Positions 1 through 14,111 are shown, counted from the stretch's first letter. The stretch is DNA of 64,000 nucleotides from Xylographa opegraphella (GCA_022813865.1 JALDZX010000003.1:124001-188000); one strand, 5' to 3'. Made by a program: numbers and translations. Notes: generated by a model not told the origin, from the letters alone.

Positions 1-526
1 AGACGTCTCCATATGAACACGGCTACGCCGAAGGCAAAATCAAATATATTTGTAATGTTCAGATCTGTCCTGATCAGTTGGGAAGGGCGTGTGAACAATT
101 TGATATGGCGCTAGGGCAACCCAACCCTACCGGAGAATGTACCTCTAATCCAAAAGTAGATTGTTACTAATGTAAGGTAAATATCGATGTAGGCCCAGCA
201 CTATCGTGGCTGAGTCCAGGTTACAAGGGATAATTTGGAACCGATACGCAGTTTGAAATCCATTTATAACGACACAAGCCTTTGTATGAGGTTACATGAT
301 TACCAAGATTCACTCCGCGGAAGTGTTCAAGCGTCAATCTAAATTGTGTGCTTAGAAGTGGGCAGACAAAGCTTCAGCTGTTTGTTGCGCTTCTGAAGAG
401 CCGCACACTACGGTTTAATGCCTCAAGTCATGCTACAAAGTCGATGACCATGAGGAGAGGGATGATAGGCCCACTTCTACACCAAACAATTGCATTCAAG
501 GGTATACGCATCGAGAGCATCCATGT

Positions 527-949
527 TCAGTCGACATCTATCCCCTTGCTTTTCAAATCTTTCCTTGCCACCTCGATTTCCCGCATCAACTCCCTGTATG
601 CTTCCGGTACGTCTTTGAAGGTGAAGACGCCGAGCCCAAGCTTGAACAAAAGGTAGGAACCGAAGGAGACCAGCGCCCAGAATGGAAGCTGACCAACAGC
701 CACCATGTCAGCATGAATTCCAAATGCATCCATCACAGCCCTCCGCTTGAGGCGAGCACCTACCACGGGGATTATCTCATCCTGCACTTTTGCGCTAAAA
801 GGGATGAGTTGAAGGAAGCAGGCGAGATACAGCTAGAACGCAGACGACTGTCAGCGCCACACGCGACAGCAGACGGCGAGGAGAAGCATCGGGGCAAATA
901 CCGATGAGACCAAAAGACCGATTGAGATGGTCTGCTGTGCCCGTGTCAT
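527..949 (-). CDS. DPM3: Dolichol-phosphate mannosyltransferase subunit 3 (92 aa, 3 exons: 949-902, 832-764, 688-527)
   Basis: Splicing GT-AG introns 901-833 and 763-689 gives MTRAQQTISIGLLVSS-LYLACFLQLIPFSAKVQDEIIPV-LPFWALVSFGSYLLFKLGLGVFTFKDVPEAYRELMREIEVARKDLKSKGIDVD. This has two TM helices, the FxDxPEAxxEL motif and a C-terminal coiled coil typical of DPM3. Confidence 0.93.
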
Positions 950-2398
950 TGTGACGGTGATCCCGGTGTGGAGTTGATCTTTGCTCAATCACGGAAGTGG
1001 CAGATGAGCGATAAAAAAAGACCTGGAACGGAAGCACACGGATGAGACTGAGGAGGCGAAGAAATCGGTCAATTGAGGCCTTTTACAGCGAACTGCGAAT
1101 GTGGGTGCGAGGGCGAGGGCGAGTGCGATTGCATGAGGCTTGGCAGGAGCTGTACTGGGTAAGGTACTCCGTATGTTCGAACTGAGGGCGTACTGTGTAC
1201 AAGAGTTTGTCCGAGACCGACCCCGGACCAGCCTAATCAACGTAGTTCGGGGGCCGAGACGGCGCGACGGGAGCCGATGACTAAGTCAAGCGAGCTAACA
1301 GAACCCGGTAACTTAATGTATGTACCTTACTGAGCAGGTCTTGGCGATGGCCGTTTCTCGCGCACTTGCCTCCTGTTGCATTCTGCATCGTGCATCCTGT
1401 ATCGCCCACGCTCCAGGCTATCGGGTCGACGGGCGCCCTTGTGCCTGCGGGATGGAGTGATAAGGTACCTAGGTCGGTAGGGACGGTTATGGCCGAAGGC
1501 TCCACAATTCCTATTCCACAATTCCCGGCACGGCGTGACGAAGAACGTGGGGGACGTTCTAGCGAACTTCCAGCTTCACTTCATCGGTAGAATACCTTAC
1601 TCATTGAGGAATCTACACAGCAGTATCTGGTCGTTGATTGTTGATCTGTAAGCACCTGCCTTACGTGAGGACCCCCTTTAGCCCCGCATAGCCTGCCCAC
1701 ACTCACCGTAAGGAAGGGTACCTGTAACCTACGTAGATACGTCGGTAGGTACCTAGTTGTGGCGGGCACGTAGCACAACTAGCATCCTCACTACGCATAG
1801 TGTACTTTGGTACAAGCGTTCCGAGACGGATAACCCAGCGCAGTCCAAGCCATGCAGTCATCTGGTGCTGACCATTTCCGCCTCAAGAGATTCGTGTTCG
1901 GCCGTTAGAAGCATCGCGTCTGCTTGTTTGCTTTCTGGGCAGACGCCCATCGCTGTTGATGATGTTCATCATCCATACCATCCCTAGTTCCATGCCGTCG
2001 GCGCAACTTTCGTACACCATCGCGATACACGTCCGTACACCATGCGGAAGTTGGGTAGCCAGTTTCCTCCGATCAGTGAGTGCCTGGAAGGCCTGGATGA
2101 CTCCGTCCCAGCTCGAGGGTTGCGCGTCTCCCTACGCATACACTCACGCGCAAGACCTCCAGACCACTGCTTTCGGCAAAAGCTTGCGACATTAAAGGAA
2201 CTCGACTCTTCTGTCTCCTTCGATCGGAGCGTCGGCGTTTGGGACATTTGGTCGTTGATGCCTGCGAACACGTGTGAAGGCGCAGGTGGCGGGCCGGGGC
2301 ATAGCGGAGAGTAAAGCGACGACGAGGGCAGAGAGAGGTCGGGTGCTTGCCCAGGTGTGAGTGGCAGGGCTGACTAGTGCGATCTTCAACGTCATCCA

Positions 2399-2437
2399 CC
2401 CCCTGCCTAGCCCCATGCCTAGCCCCCTGCCTAGCCC
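2399..2437. repeat. Short tandem repeat (CCCCCTGCCTAG) x3
   Basis: 12-mer units at 2399, 2411 (one mismatch) and 2423. Confidence 0.7.
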
Positions 2438-2910
2438 GCCGATGCTAATCATTTCCTCAAGCGTTCATCTCAACCTCCACCGCTTCGTCCATGCTATTCC
2501 ATATGCCTCAACTTGTGATACGTGCTGATCTCGCAACCACTATCCCCCTCCAGCTTGGAATATACTGGGATCTGATAAACAGATACCCTTGCATTGCCCG
2601 TTGCTGCGACGTATAGCATTTTCACTACTGTGCTGTGTCCCTCGAGGCTTTCGCAACTGGTCTGGCTCTGGCTAGACACGCCTTTTTTTGACTCATCGTC
2701 TTCGGACGGTTTTCCAAAAAGACCCTGTGAAGTGGTGCGGTATACGTGCTTGAACGGCCATAGTCTGCGAGGCTATTGGCGCCAAAGTCTTGCACGCTAT
2801 CCTCGGCTTCCCCGTTTGCGATGTGTCCCTTCGAGTCAAAGAGGACGTCGAGTCGATGATCGCTGCAATCGACAAGCCGGGAGGCGAGATAACGTAGCTG
2901 AAGCATAACC

Positions 2911-5491
2911 ATGAACGACGCGAACCTTATAATTGAGGATGCGGTGCCATCTCCAGATATGCATTCTGCAGCGCCTTTGCAGACTTCTTCTCCTCACCCA
3001 TCAACGTCTCCTCCGACCCACCCCTCCAGCCTGGGAACACCAATTGCCTCAACTCCGGAACCAGAGCCAGATTCCCAGTCCCTACAGAGTGCCTTTGACT
3101 CGCTGTCTCTTGCAGGCCCAGGCGAAGGAGGAATGTTCCGTTCCTTGGCAGTGATCTTCCGTAGTGCCCAAGAGCAGGAAGGGAGTGTCAACCTGACTTC
3201 GGGCGGTGCGGACTTTGTTTGGGCTGCTTTGCAACGAGCAGATACAAGTCGTCAACGGCTGCAAGACACCTCAGCCCTGCGAGCGGCCAAGGATGTCCTG
3301 GAGCAGATGTTATGGAACCAATCTCACCTTCTGGTGGAAGCTGCAAAAATCTTGGCAGATTCAAGTCGAGATGGTAGAGCTGCTCATGGAGATGTTGACC
3401 TTTCTCGATGACGATTACTAACAAATGCCAGCTGCATGGCGTGACCCGCTCGGCGACGCGGGTATAGTGAATTTCTTTTTGAGCGTCATAGCTTCCGGCA
3501 CGGCAAGTGACCAACTGATGATCCACGCTTTACGCCTCGTCGGTAATACGTGTGGTGACAATGGTGAGCTATCACATTTCAAAGCTGCCGAGGTCGACAA
3601 ATGCTCACAGATGTGCATGACAGATGCGAACCGACAGCGTGTGATTTCGGACAACAATCTTCGATTCATTGTCAAACAGCTTGAGAATCCCCGTCTCTTG
3701 TCTATCGTGATTCCCGTCTTGTACAACGTCTGCTCCGATTTTGGTATGTCTCCTATCTGTAGCGGAAGACAAATCCAGCTGACGCGAAAAAGAGCCCGCT
3801 CAAAGGCTAGCACTTTCGGATGGTGTCTATCTCAGACTGATAGAGATCCTTGAGAATGGTCTTCTAGCCTCGACTCCAACCTTAAGCTATCTTTGCCGCT
3901 TGTTAGATTTCTTCGAAGACAGCCGTGAGTCTATTTCACTATAGCGATCAAGTCACGAGATTTTGATTTTCAACCAGTCAACGCGGACGACTCCTCTGAG
4001 AATGCTGTTGAGGTTCTTTTTCGAGCCGCCAGTTCACCGGATCTTGATGTCGACGACCGAGTTTCACTGGTCGATGCGGCCATCGCGCATTTGAAGCTTG
4101 AAGATTACCAACGTCATATGGTGGCGTTTGACCTAGTTGATCTTCCACTCAGCCTCCTTGTTCAATGGTACTTACCTCCGCGAGCTTCTTCAAGTCGGCA
4201 AATATCTTCTGCAGAAGTTTTGACACCGTCGATTCGCGATGCCGGGGAGGAAGAGCAACTTTCATTGATGCGAAGCAATATAATACAGATTTTATCGGAC
4301 GTGTCGGCCATGCCTGAATTTGCAGCAAGGTATGCCTCAATGGAGTTGCCACTGGTTGAGACTCTCCTAGGATGGCTAGCGGGCCCACACACCCAATTAC
4401 AATTGTGTTCTTGCATTATGCTTGGCAATCTTGCACGCTCCGATTCCACATGTCGTGTTATGATTTCAAAGTTTTCCGTTCAGGAGAGCTTGCTTGACAT
4501 TCTCAAGATCAGCTCTGACACTCAAGTCCTACATTCGGTTCTTGGATTTTTACGCAATCTTGGATTACTGCCAGTGAATAAGCGAATTTTAGGGAAAGCC
4601 GGTACGATTGAGATCGTATCTCGATTTATCAATATCGAAGCCATCCCTCAACTAGCTCATGCGGCCGTCAGTTTGGTCCGCCAGGTCATCAATGGCTCAA
4701 TGAACAACATCTCAGACCTGCTTTCCTCGTTATCGTTAGATGAGGAGAGTCCAGCCCATTCCAAGACCTACTTGTCACTTATGCTCTCTCTCTTTGACAA
4801 GTCCGACGATGTCGCGGTCAAAGTTGAGGTTTCTCGTGTTATCGCTGCAGTACTGCGATGTCTCCATTCTTCTCAAGCTTTGGCAAATCCGAGGCTTCGA
4901 GATCAGTTGTTGCATCGACTGTTTTCGCTGCATCTGAACCTTTGTCAGCCTCTGTCAATGATGGTCACTCAACCACGGTGGCCGATAATTCGCTCCGAAG
5001 GATGGTTTGCGATGGCTCTTGCGTCGCGCACCGCCGAGGGAAGCATCTCCATCGATACAGCATTACAGCAGGTAGAAGTCTTCGGAGCTTTAGACGCGAC
5101 TATACACGGCGATTCAACATTGATTGCTGCGCCGTCAAGTGACCCGGTTGCTATAACGAGTAACGCAGCGGAAAGCCCGGAGTCCATTGAAAGCAAACCT
5201 TCCGTGGAGGACGAGGCCGAAATGCGAGCAAAAGATCGGGAGAATGCCATGGTCCTTGTCAACGAGCTTCTCAAGAACAGGGTGAGATCTCAACTTCCAT
5301 TCATTTATCACTTCCGATCACAGACTTTCCTTGACAGCATAGATTGGCGTTGGTTCATGAGTTGAGGTTTTTGTTTCTGACAATCGCCGTGAGCCGCCGA
5401 CTGATAGCAAGTTTAGGGTGACGATATGCCGGACGTTCGTCGGAGTGTGTTTGAGGATTTGTTGAACGGCAGGGAGCACGCACAGGACTAG
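2911..5491 (+). CDS. ARM-repeat protein, RAP1GDS1/SmgGDS (Bem4/Arz1)-like; 6 exons
   Basis: ORFs 2911, 3425 and 4091 are joined by GT-AG introns (e.g. 3564-3623, 5282-5416), ending at TAG 5489-5491. Motifs LRLVGNTCGDN..NRQ, CIMLGNLARSD and LGFLRNL resemble SmgGDS-type armadillo repeats. Confidence 0.75.
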
Positions 5492-6150
5492 GTATTTAAA
5501 TGAGGACAAGGATATGGGTCAAGGGGAGGGGGAAGGAAGCGGGAAATAATGAATGAATCCAAGGAGCATATTGACTTATTTCTTTCTTGGCTAGAGGTGG
5601 CGTGACTGACTTGGTGATGGTGTCGAGAACACAATACTCAAGAGGCGTGGACCTATACGCTCGCTTTGTTTATACATATCTGCACCAGTATACACCCTAC
5701 TCTATGGCAGAGATTAGTCTAACTTACGGATAGCGTCTAACGTACGGTGATGATGCTAAAGTAGATAGGTAGCTTCAGAGTGCTTACATCGCAGGCAAAA
5801 ACGCTGGCCAATACAACGGGTCCCATTATCATTCTTGTTAGTAAGCTTAGCATCACGTCCAACGTCTCTGGCTCGCCGGTAAAGGGTAAAAGAGACTTTG
5901 CAAGAGCCGCTTCGTGTGCAGCCAATCACAGCCTCGCTATTTGCAACCCGGGGGAAGGGTCGGCTAACGAGGTCACGCATAAAACGGTCGCTGATCCCCC
6001 AAGATCTCCCCTCTTTATCTTATCTCTCAAAGCATCCAAACAACCCCATTTCCAATACTTACCATTCACGCTTCCAGCTTCACCAAGTGATACAAAGTTT
6101 CTCAGCAAAACCTCATTTCATCTTCTCTCCACCACTCAACTCTCTCTACA

Positions 6151-6639
6151 ATGGCTGTGCCCACAACCTGCTGTGGCCGCTCGGGGGGTGAATGTGTTTG
6201 CGCCGCCCAGGCAAAGTGCTCCTGTGGCAAGCAGTCTGCACTGAACTGCAACTGCGAGAAGGCTGCAACTGAGAACAATGTCGTTGGTGCCCGTTGTTCT
6301 TGCAGTAAGTGCCTTGCCCCTTCGGATATTCTTCCCCGTACCCAGCCTCGCTGTTCATATCTCCAAAGCTTACTTGAGTGATGTGATCCACATACTGACA
6401 ACCGATGTCCAGGAGCACGACCAGCTGGCGCATGCAACTGCGATCGTGCACAGACCGAGAACAACAAAGTATCTGGCTCATCCTGTTCATGCGGGAAGCG
6501 TCCGGCGGGTACGTCTTTCTAGACCTACGCATCTCTTATGGCTTTCGTGCGCTGACTAAAGTTAGATGCCTGTACTTGCGAGAAAGCCGCCGATGGAGGA
6601 CTTCTCCCCACCGAGACCGACTTCACCACCCAGAAATGA
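6151..6639 (+). CDS. crd2: Cys-rich metallothionein, Crd2/CrdA-like (107 aa, exons 6151-6304, 6413-6508, 6566-6639)
   Basis: The spliced product has 16 Cys in CC/CxC pairs, three CSC-x7-CxC units and a C-terminal GGLLPTETDFTT tail. Introns are canonical (GTAAGT..CTGAC..CAG; GTACGT..CTGAC..TAG). Confidence 0.88.
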
Positions 6640-7425
6640 TCGAGTTGTACACGGTTTGCCTGATACCCGCATAACCTATGATGAGATGGCTGGCATGGAC
6701 AGGAATGGGTGAAGTTGCGATATGGAGTTGGGATTCGCTCTAGGTGGCTTCTGGAACTACAATCACGATTGTTCATTTGCATTGATGGCGCTTGAGTCCC
6801 CACAAAGTTCTTCTTGTCACTAGCTAGAAAGAGCAGAATTGCTTTTTATTTGATTATCACGAGAATATACTTTGATATGATGGACATCCAAAACTATATC
6901 CTTGAGCTGATCATTAGAACACATTGTGCTTCAAGGAAGCCGATTCTCGCCACCTGTCAAGCTACCGTACCTTACAATGGTACCTCACGGAGTAGTAGCC
7001 GCCTTCCACCACAGGCCGGCAATCGGCCTAACTATCTCCGTGGTGTCCCTTGCTTAGACATGGCGCGTGGCACACCTAAAGTTCCGGCTCGCTAAGCAAT
7101 GTCAATTGGTTATGCAGGAGTCTGCCATCCCGCAAGGATCCTCACCTGCATAGCGATTTATATTGCTGCTGAACACTTGCGTTGGGTCGCTAATGTTCTA
7201 TGGAATACTGGTATTCTGTGTTACCGAAATGATGTCCGGTACCAGCCACTAGCACACTTGATTTGAACGTGACATATGCCCCCTACCGACCAATCAACGG
7301 TTGATCCGTCTCCTTGGATGAGGCGGCATTCTGGCTTCTCTGCGATCCTCCAAGGCGTTTTGCGATAGACCCGAGTGTGTGGCCAGCGGCACCTGTGTGC
7401 TGGACAGTTGATACGACTTTCGACC

Positions 7426-10400
7426 ATGGCTACCGCCGCGGCCGCCAACTTCCTCAGCAGAGGCAATGCAACGAATTCGTCTTCCATGCGGGGTCTGGTC
7501 CAATTTATTGCCGACCTTCGGAATGCTCGAGCACGAGAATTGGAAGAGAAGCGGATCAATAAAGAGCTAGCAAATATACGGCAGAAATTCAGAGATGGGA
7601 ACCTCAATGGATATCACAGGAAGAAGTACGTTTGCAAATTGCTGTACATATACATCCTTGGGTGGAACGTTGACTTCGGTCACCTGGAGGCTGTCAATCT
7701 CATCTCGGCGAACAAGTACTCGGAAAAGCAGATCGGATACCTAGCCGTCACGCTGTTTTTACACGAAGAGCACGAACTGTTACATTTGGTTGTCAACAGC
7801 ATACGAAAAGATCTAATGGACCATAATGAGTTATATAACTGTCTGGCACTACATGCCATTGCTAATGTGGGGGGAAGAGAAATGGGTGAGGCACTGAGTG
7901 GAGATGTACATAGGCTGCTCATCTCACCGTGAGTGCAGCCACATGAACGATGTCTCGACCGTCTACTGACTCAAGTAGAACCTCGAAATCCTTTGTGAAA
8001 AAGAAAGCAGCTTTGACCCTCCTACGCCTGTACCGAAAATATCCAGAGATAGTGCAACAAGAGTGGGCAGAGAGGATGATATCTCTCATGGACGATCCGG
8101 ATATGGGAGTTACTCTTTCAGTGACATCTCTGATAATGGCACTGGCTCAGGATCGCCCCGAGGAGTACAAGGGCAGCTACGTAAAGGCTGCACAGAGGTT
8201 GAAGAGGATTGTTGTAGACAATGATATCCAACCGGACTACTTGTATTATAAGGTTCCTTGTCCTTGGGTACAAGTGAAGCTTCTTAGACTTCTACAATAT
8301 TTCCCCCCTTCAGGTGAATACTTTCCTTCCTTTTCTGCTGAAAGATAGTTGCTGAACTACCATAGATGATGCGGCTGTTCGGGAGCTCATCCGCGAATGT
8401 CTACAACAAATTCTCCACGAAGCAATGCTAATGCCTAAGAACGTGCAACAAAACAATGCCCAAAATGCGGTGCTCTTCGAGGCAATCAACCTTGTTATTC
8501 ACCTTGATACGGAACACGAATTGATGATGCAGATCTCGTCTCGTCTCGGTAAGTTCATACAGTCGCGCGAAACCAACGTCAGGTATTTGGGACTGGACGC
8601 CATGACACATTTCGCTGCTAGAGCTGAAACACTCGACCCGATAAAGCGACATCAGAGCATCATCTTGGGATCATTACGAGACAGGGATATCAGTGTACGT
8701 CGAAAAGGGTTGGACTTGCTCTACAGCATGTGCGATCTATCGAATTCTCAACCAATTGTCAATGAACTTCTGAAATACCTGTCGAATGCAGACTTCGCTA
8801 TACGGGAGGAGATGGTACTCAAAATCGCGATATTGACCGAGAAGTACGCCACAGACAGTCAGTGGTACGTGGATATCTCATTAAGGCTAATCGCCATGGC
8901 TGGGGATCATGTAAGCGACGAGGTATGGCAGCGGGTGATCCAGATCGTCACCAACAACGAAAGTCTACAGGTCTATGCTGCCCTAACAATTCTGGAATAC
9001 GTGAAAGCGGAACAATGTCATGAAACTCTGGTCAAAATAGGTGGCTATCTTCTAGGAGAATTCGGCCACTTGGTCGCGGACAATCCCGGATGCAGTCCGA
9101 TCGAACAGTTCATAGCTCTGCAGTCAAAGCTACCGGGATGCTCAACAAGCACCAGAGCCATGATTCTTTCGTCTTTCATCAAGTTTGTTAACTTATTCCC
9201 GGAGATCAAGCCTCGGCTTCTACAGGTGTTCCAAGTTTATAGCCATACTTTAGATGCGGAGTTACAACAAAGGGCTTGCGAATATCTCGCGCTTGCGACT
9301 CTGCCCACGGATGATCTGCTACGCACGGTATGCGACGAAATGCCACCCTTCCCTGAGCGCGCGTCGGCTTTACTATCCAGACTCCACTCAAAACACGCAA
9401 ACACAAGCGAAAAAAGGACATGGGTACTGGGAGGAAAAGACGCTAACGCGGCAGATTCGAAAGAGATCTTGATGACACAACCAACAGGTCTGAAGCGCTC
9501 TTTGACATCCAGCTCGTTGACCTCTAATAGCACGAACGGCTTGTTGTCGCCAGTAAACGGAAAGCCCAACGGGACCACTAATGGGACAAATGGAACAAAT
9601 GGCATGAACGGATCCCACGAGCTGGAGGGTCTAGACATGAACGGCGGCTCCCCTGTAGTCCCCAAAACACCTAAAACACCTAACTTCGCTAGCGCGGCTC
9701 ACCTCAGTCCTGGATGGGACACCGGCTACAATGAGCTACTCTTCAAGGACGAGGGCATCCTCTACCAGGACAGCCAGATCCAAGTCGGCTTACGCTCAGA
9801 GTACCGTGGCCCAATGGGCTGCGTCATCCTCTATTTCACCAACCGCTCCTCCATGCCCATCGGCTCTTTCACCACCACACTCGACAACCGCTCCGCCGAG
9901 CACCTGAAAATCGACTCCAAGAACCTCCCCGACTCTACCATACAGCCCGAAGCGCAGGCCCAGCAGACTCTCATGTTCGAAGCCAAAGCTATCTTCGCCG
10001 CGCAGCCGACCATCCGCATCTCGTACCTCGCCGGCGCGCTACAGGCCCTCACCCTGCAGTTGCCGGTCGTGGTCCACAAGTTCATGGAGCCCGCCGCGCT
10101 GTCCGCGGACGACTTCTTCAAGCGCTGGCGCCAGATCGGCGGGCCGCCGCGCGAACTGCAGAAGGTTTTTGGGCTACTGACCAAGGACCGCTCGGTCAAC
10201 GATGCATTTACGCATCGGATGGCGGAGCGCTTTCGCTGGGGCTTGCTGAAGGGCGTGGATCCGAATGCGAAGAATATCGTCGGCGCGTGTGTGCTGCATA
10301 CGACGCAGGGGGGCAAGTTCGGGTGTTTGTTGAGGCTGGAGCCGAATTACGAGACCATGGTAAGTGCTGGGGCTCGAGCGCAGCATCGGGTATGTTTTAT

Positions 10401-10540
10401 TAGTGGGAAATGATTGGCTAATGCGCTACGGTCAGATGTACCGCCTCACCATCCGCGCGACCGATGAGTCCGTGCCCGCCGTGCTGGTGAAGGCGATGGA
10501 GGAGAAGTTCTCGCAGGGCGCGGAGCAGGACATGGAGTAG
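7426..10540 (+). CDS. APL3: AP-2 adaptor complex subunit alpha
   Basis: N-terminal MRGLVQFIADLRNARARELEEKRINKELANIRQKF...KKYVCKLLYIYILG adaptin trunk, a low-complexity hinge and an appendage ending LLRLEPN..MYRLTIRATD. Three introns; stop TAG 10538-10540. Confidence 0.97.
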
Positions 10541-11606
10541 ATGAGGTGGGACGATGAGCGGAGTTGGAAGGGTGGACGATGAACCGGACTGGAGACTTTT
10601 TGTTGTGTTTTTGGAAATGAAGGAAGGAAGGAAACGAAAGGGAATTGTACAGGCATCGGTGCGTGGCGGTGCGGGCGATCTGCTGCATCGGGGCTCGTGG
10701 CGTTTGCATGATACACCTTAGCCCTCTTTGTTTGGTTTTCTTTTTGATGTGTCTAGGGTAGGGGAGATGATGTGTGAGAATATTGTGGTTGTATGTATGT
10801 TTGTGGGAGGTGGAGGGGGAGATGAGGGGGGGTTTTTTAGAAGAGGGGGAGTGTGTGGAATACATATCTATCTTCCTTTGGACGTGTGGTTTTTCTATCA
10901 GCCTACTACTGTGTGGGGATTGATCCCGTTCCGGTACCTCCTGTCTCCGGTCGGTTTGATGCTCCAAGCTGATACACCCCCTCTCCATGGTTCCTGCAGC
11001 GGGGCACAGCTATGGCTCAGAGCGACACCAGCGACGAATAGCATATTTCCCGCTCCGCAGCACATCTCGCGCATCGAATATGATCCGCTCGCTTAGGGAG
11101 CACATACTACGCCTGAGGGAGAGAGCCCCGCAGGGCATTTTTCAGCACTTTATCTACTTCTTCGTTTTCGTGGAGTGCTTGGAGATGGCGGAGGGGGGGA
11201 TGTGGTTGTGGGGCTGGCATGTTCTGGGGAAGGATGGTGGGGGCAGAGTCGTAGTTAGAGGTTATGATGGTTTGTCATTTCTTGAGACCGGGATGGAGGA
11301 TAACTGGCCTTTTCTTTCAACGTGGTTAACATATGAAGTGGACAAAGCCGAGATCTTGCGCAAGAAATGCTCTCTCGAGCGAATCGCTCGGCTGCTCGAA
11401 ACTCTGCACCAGCTCCGCGCTTTCCCGATACCAAATCCCAAACCGCCCACTGTATTGGCACTCATGATCTCATCAACGCATCCGGTCTCGACGCAGCACT
11501 CCGCCGCGGGAACGGCACTACCGCCAACCATACCACCAAAACCGATCGCCACCTCGCCCACAACAGCCAAGAGACTCGTCTCTCCCACAGACACCTCGCC
11601 CACCGA

Positions 11607-12119
11607 CTACGCCCTCCACTCCCTCTCCTGCACCCTCATCGTATCTCTCTCCTCCGCGGCCCCACAATCCACTTCCCAGAAGCACTTGACAGCCGCACTC
11701 CGCTGCATCGCCAAACACGCCACTGTGCGCACGCATTAGCCCCCTTTGCCCACATCCCACGACGCCAAACACGACTCACCATTCTGCCTGCCGCAGTCCC
11801 CGATGGCGAAAGTGAGCGCCCCGGCCCGCACCGCCGCGGCGCAGGCCTCGTGCTGGATGTCGCAGCTGTACTGAGCCGCTTTGGCGAATGTGGCGACGGG
11901 CGTGTCGGCGACGAGGAAGGGGAAGCTCGGGTTGCCGGATGAGGTGATGGCCGGGACGGGGATGTCGCCGAGGGCGCCGGTGAAGACGGAGAGAGTGGGG
12001 TCGCGCGGGAGGCGGAGGTGGGGGTAGCCGGCGTCGGCGACGGGGATGGGGGGCCGGGCGAGGGCGAGAGCGGAGAAGAGGAGGATGGAGAGGGGGAGGA
12101 AGGGGGTCGTGAGGAGCAT
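11607..12119 (-). CDS. Small secreted Cys-containing protein of unknown function (2 exons)
   Basis: Signal peptide MLLTTPFLPLSILLFSALALA; motif FTGALG...SGNPSFPFLV...AAQYSCDIQHEACA, which I recall from small secreted fungal proteins. A GTGAGT...GCTAAT...CAG intron near 11780-11724 restores the frame to TAG at 11607. Confidence 0.72.
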
Positions 12120-12879
12120 GGTGATGAGTGGTGAATGGCGAGGGCTGTGAGTATCCGGGCAAGGTATGAATATGTTGTGCTTTTCGAAAGATATCCAGAT
12201 CAACAACACTTTCGATCTCGCGGTCTGAAGAAGGTGTAGTCTCGAACACCGTATAGGCGCGAGCGTCAAGTAAAGAGCGACTTCAGTGAACGGGAAACGA
12301 GTGTAGGTACGCTGGCAGCCGGACGCCCAACACCGCAGCGAAACGGGGTGGGCATGTTGGGCTACTTTATCAGCTGTGGGAAAACCGCGCAGGCCCGGAC
12401 ATCATACATCATAGCGGATGGCCATGGATTCAGGGGCACGGCATGAACGCTTACCAAGGGACAAACGTCCAGCCTGGAACAGGAGACGTCTCGAAGGCAA
12501 GCTAAGCGAGGCGCTAAGAGTGATAAGCGAGGCGCTAGATCGCGTGCATGAATTCGATCCCGCAGACCTGATCCTTCAATGCCGGCGAAAGCACCAGGGT
12601 CAAGGAAACATCGAGCAACAATGAACGAAGCGGCCGGCTGACCAGGAGCTGGTTCGGCTGATGTTACCGAAGAGGAGGGGAGCCTCGCTAGCTGAAGCGT
12701 GGTTTTGAGTTGAGGCCTTGGATGACACCCTATGCGGGCCATGACAAGGTTGGAGGAAGTGGTTCGCGACAAGGTGTCAGTGATCACTTCTCTCATCCTG
12801 CAGGTAGTACCCTGCAACGCATTGAGCTACTGGACGAGCCATGAGTTTTAGAAAGTCTTTGAAATGGAGGATGAATGTC

Positions 12880-13961
12880 TCAATAATCGTAAAACCCTTT
12901 GCCGCTCTTCTTGCCTAACCAGCCCGCGTTCACCATTTTGCGAAGTAGCACCGCGGGTCTATATTTGCTGTCGCCCGTTTCTTCGTATAGCACTTTCATG
13001 ATTGCAAGGCACGTGTCAATGCCGATAAAGTCTGCCAGCTGTAGTGGCCCCATTGGGACATTCGTCCCGTTCTTCATGATACTGTCGATATCATCTCTTC
13101 CTCCTACTCCGGTCTCTAGGCAGATTATTGCCTCGTTTATGTATGGCATGAGGATTCGATTCGCAAGAAAGCCTGGGGAATCTGCGGATTGTGAGGGAAT
13201 CTTTCCCATCTTCTTCACAAATTCTATAGCAGTCTCAACAGTCTTCTGAGAGGTCTGGAGTCCGCTTATGATTTCCACCCCCTTCTGTACCGGCACAGGA
13301 TTCATGAAGTGAGTGCTTATGACGCGTGAAGCCGCAGAGAGGTCCGTTGGACTCTTTGTTGTTGCGGCGGCAATTTTCGTAATCGATATCGACGATGTGT
13401 TTGTAGCCAGGATTGTATGTGACGGACATATCTGAGCAAGTTGGGAGAAGATAGCTAGCTTCAGCTTTGGTATCTCTGGGACTGCTTCGATGACGAAGTC
13501 CACGTTCGAAAGATCTTCCATCTTCGTTGAAGAGGAAAGGCGCTCTCTGCAGGCTTTGGCATCATCTTTCGAGATCCGTTGTTTCGCAATATCCTTTTCA
13601 AGTAGTTTGTCTACAGTAACATCAGAGTTGGCTCATAATGTAGAAACCAAGCATTGAGACTTACCTGCAAACTTGAGCCCCCTGTCGATGGAAGCCTGTG
13701 AATTGTCTATTATGGTCACCGGTACCTGGGCTTTCTGAGCTGCAACAAGTGCAATCCCTAATCCCTGATCTTCCTTGATCAGGCCAAATATACTTCATGC
13801 CTCATCGTATGAGTTGCGAATGGTTAGAGTGAGACACATACCATCTGCCCAGCACCTACGACTCCAAGCCTCTTTATCTCCGCAGCAGCAGCAGCTGTGG
13901 TAGCGCTGAAGGCACGACGACCCAGGCTTGATACTCTTGTTATCTGATTAGACATCAGCAT
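12880..13961 (-). CDS. Mitochondrial 3-hydroxybutyryl-CoA (3-hydroxyacyl-CoA) dehydrogenase; 3 exons
   Basis: Presequence-like N-terminus (RRAFSAT), Rossmann [13 protein letters not shown] split by an intron, plus [45 protein letters not shown] and GKKSGKGFY. Confidence 0.95.
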
Positions 13962-14111
13962 AGATACAATTCGCAGTGGTTGCTTGTTATCAAAATGTTC
14001 AGCAATCCAAATGTGATGGAAACCCCGAAAGATCATAGACCTCGGTTCAAGGAGGTAGAATATGACGTTTTATGCGAGTATGCATAAGCACATTCTAACT
14101 TTATACAGAGC

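Noticed and set aside
1250..2900. ORFs and GGTACC/TACGTA-rich stretches between DPM3 and the ARM gene
   Set aside because: No recognisable product or element ends; typical fungal intergenic sequence.
6101..6110. Ace1/CuRE-like TTTTGCTG (minus strand) before the metallothionein
   Set aside because: Single short match only ~40 bp from the ATG, probably in the 5' UTR; chance occurrence is likely.
10987..11739. 250-aa plus-strand ORF
   Set aside because: Spans skewed low-complexity DNA, overlaps the secreted-protein gene antisense and has no recognisable motif.
12418..12624. 68-aa ORF with a duplicated SEAL motif
   Set aside because: Short, explained by a 13-bp local duplication, and unsupported by any splice or family evidence.
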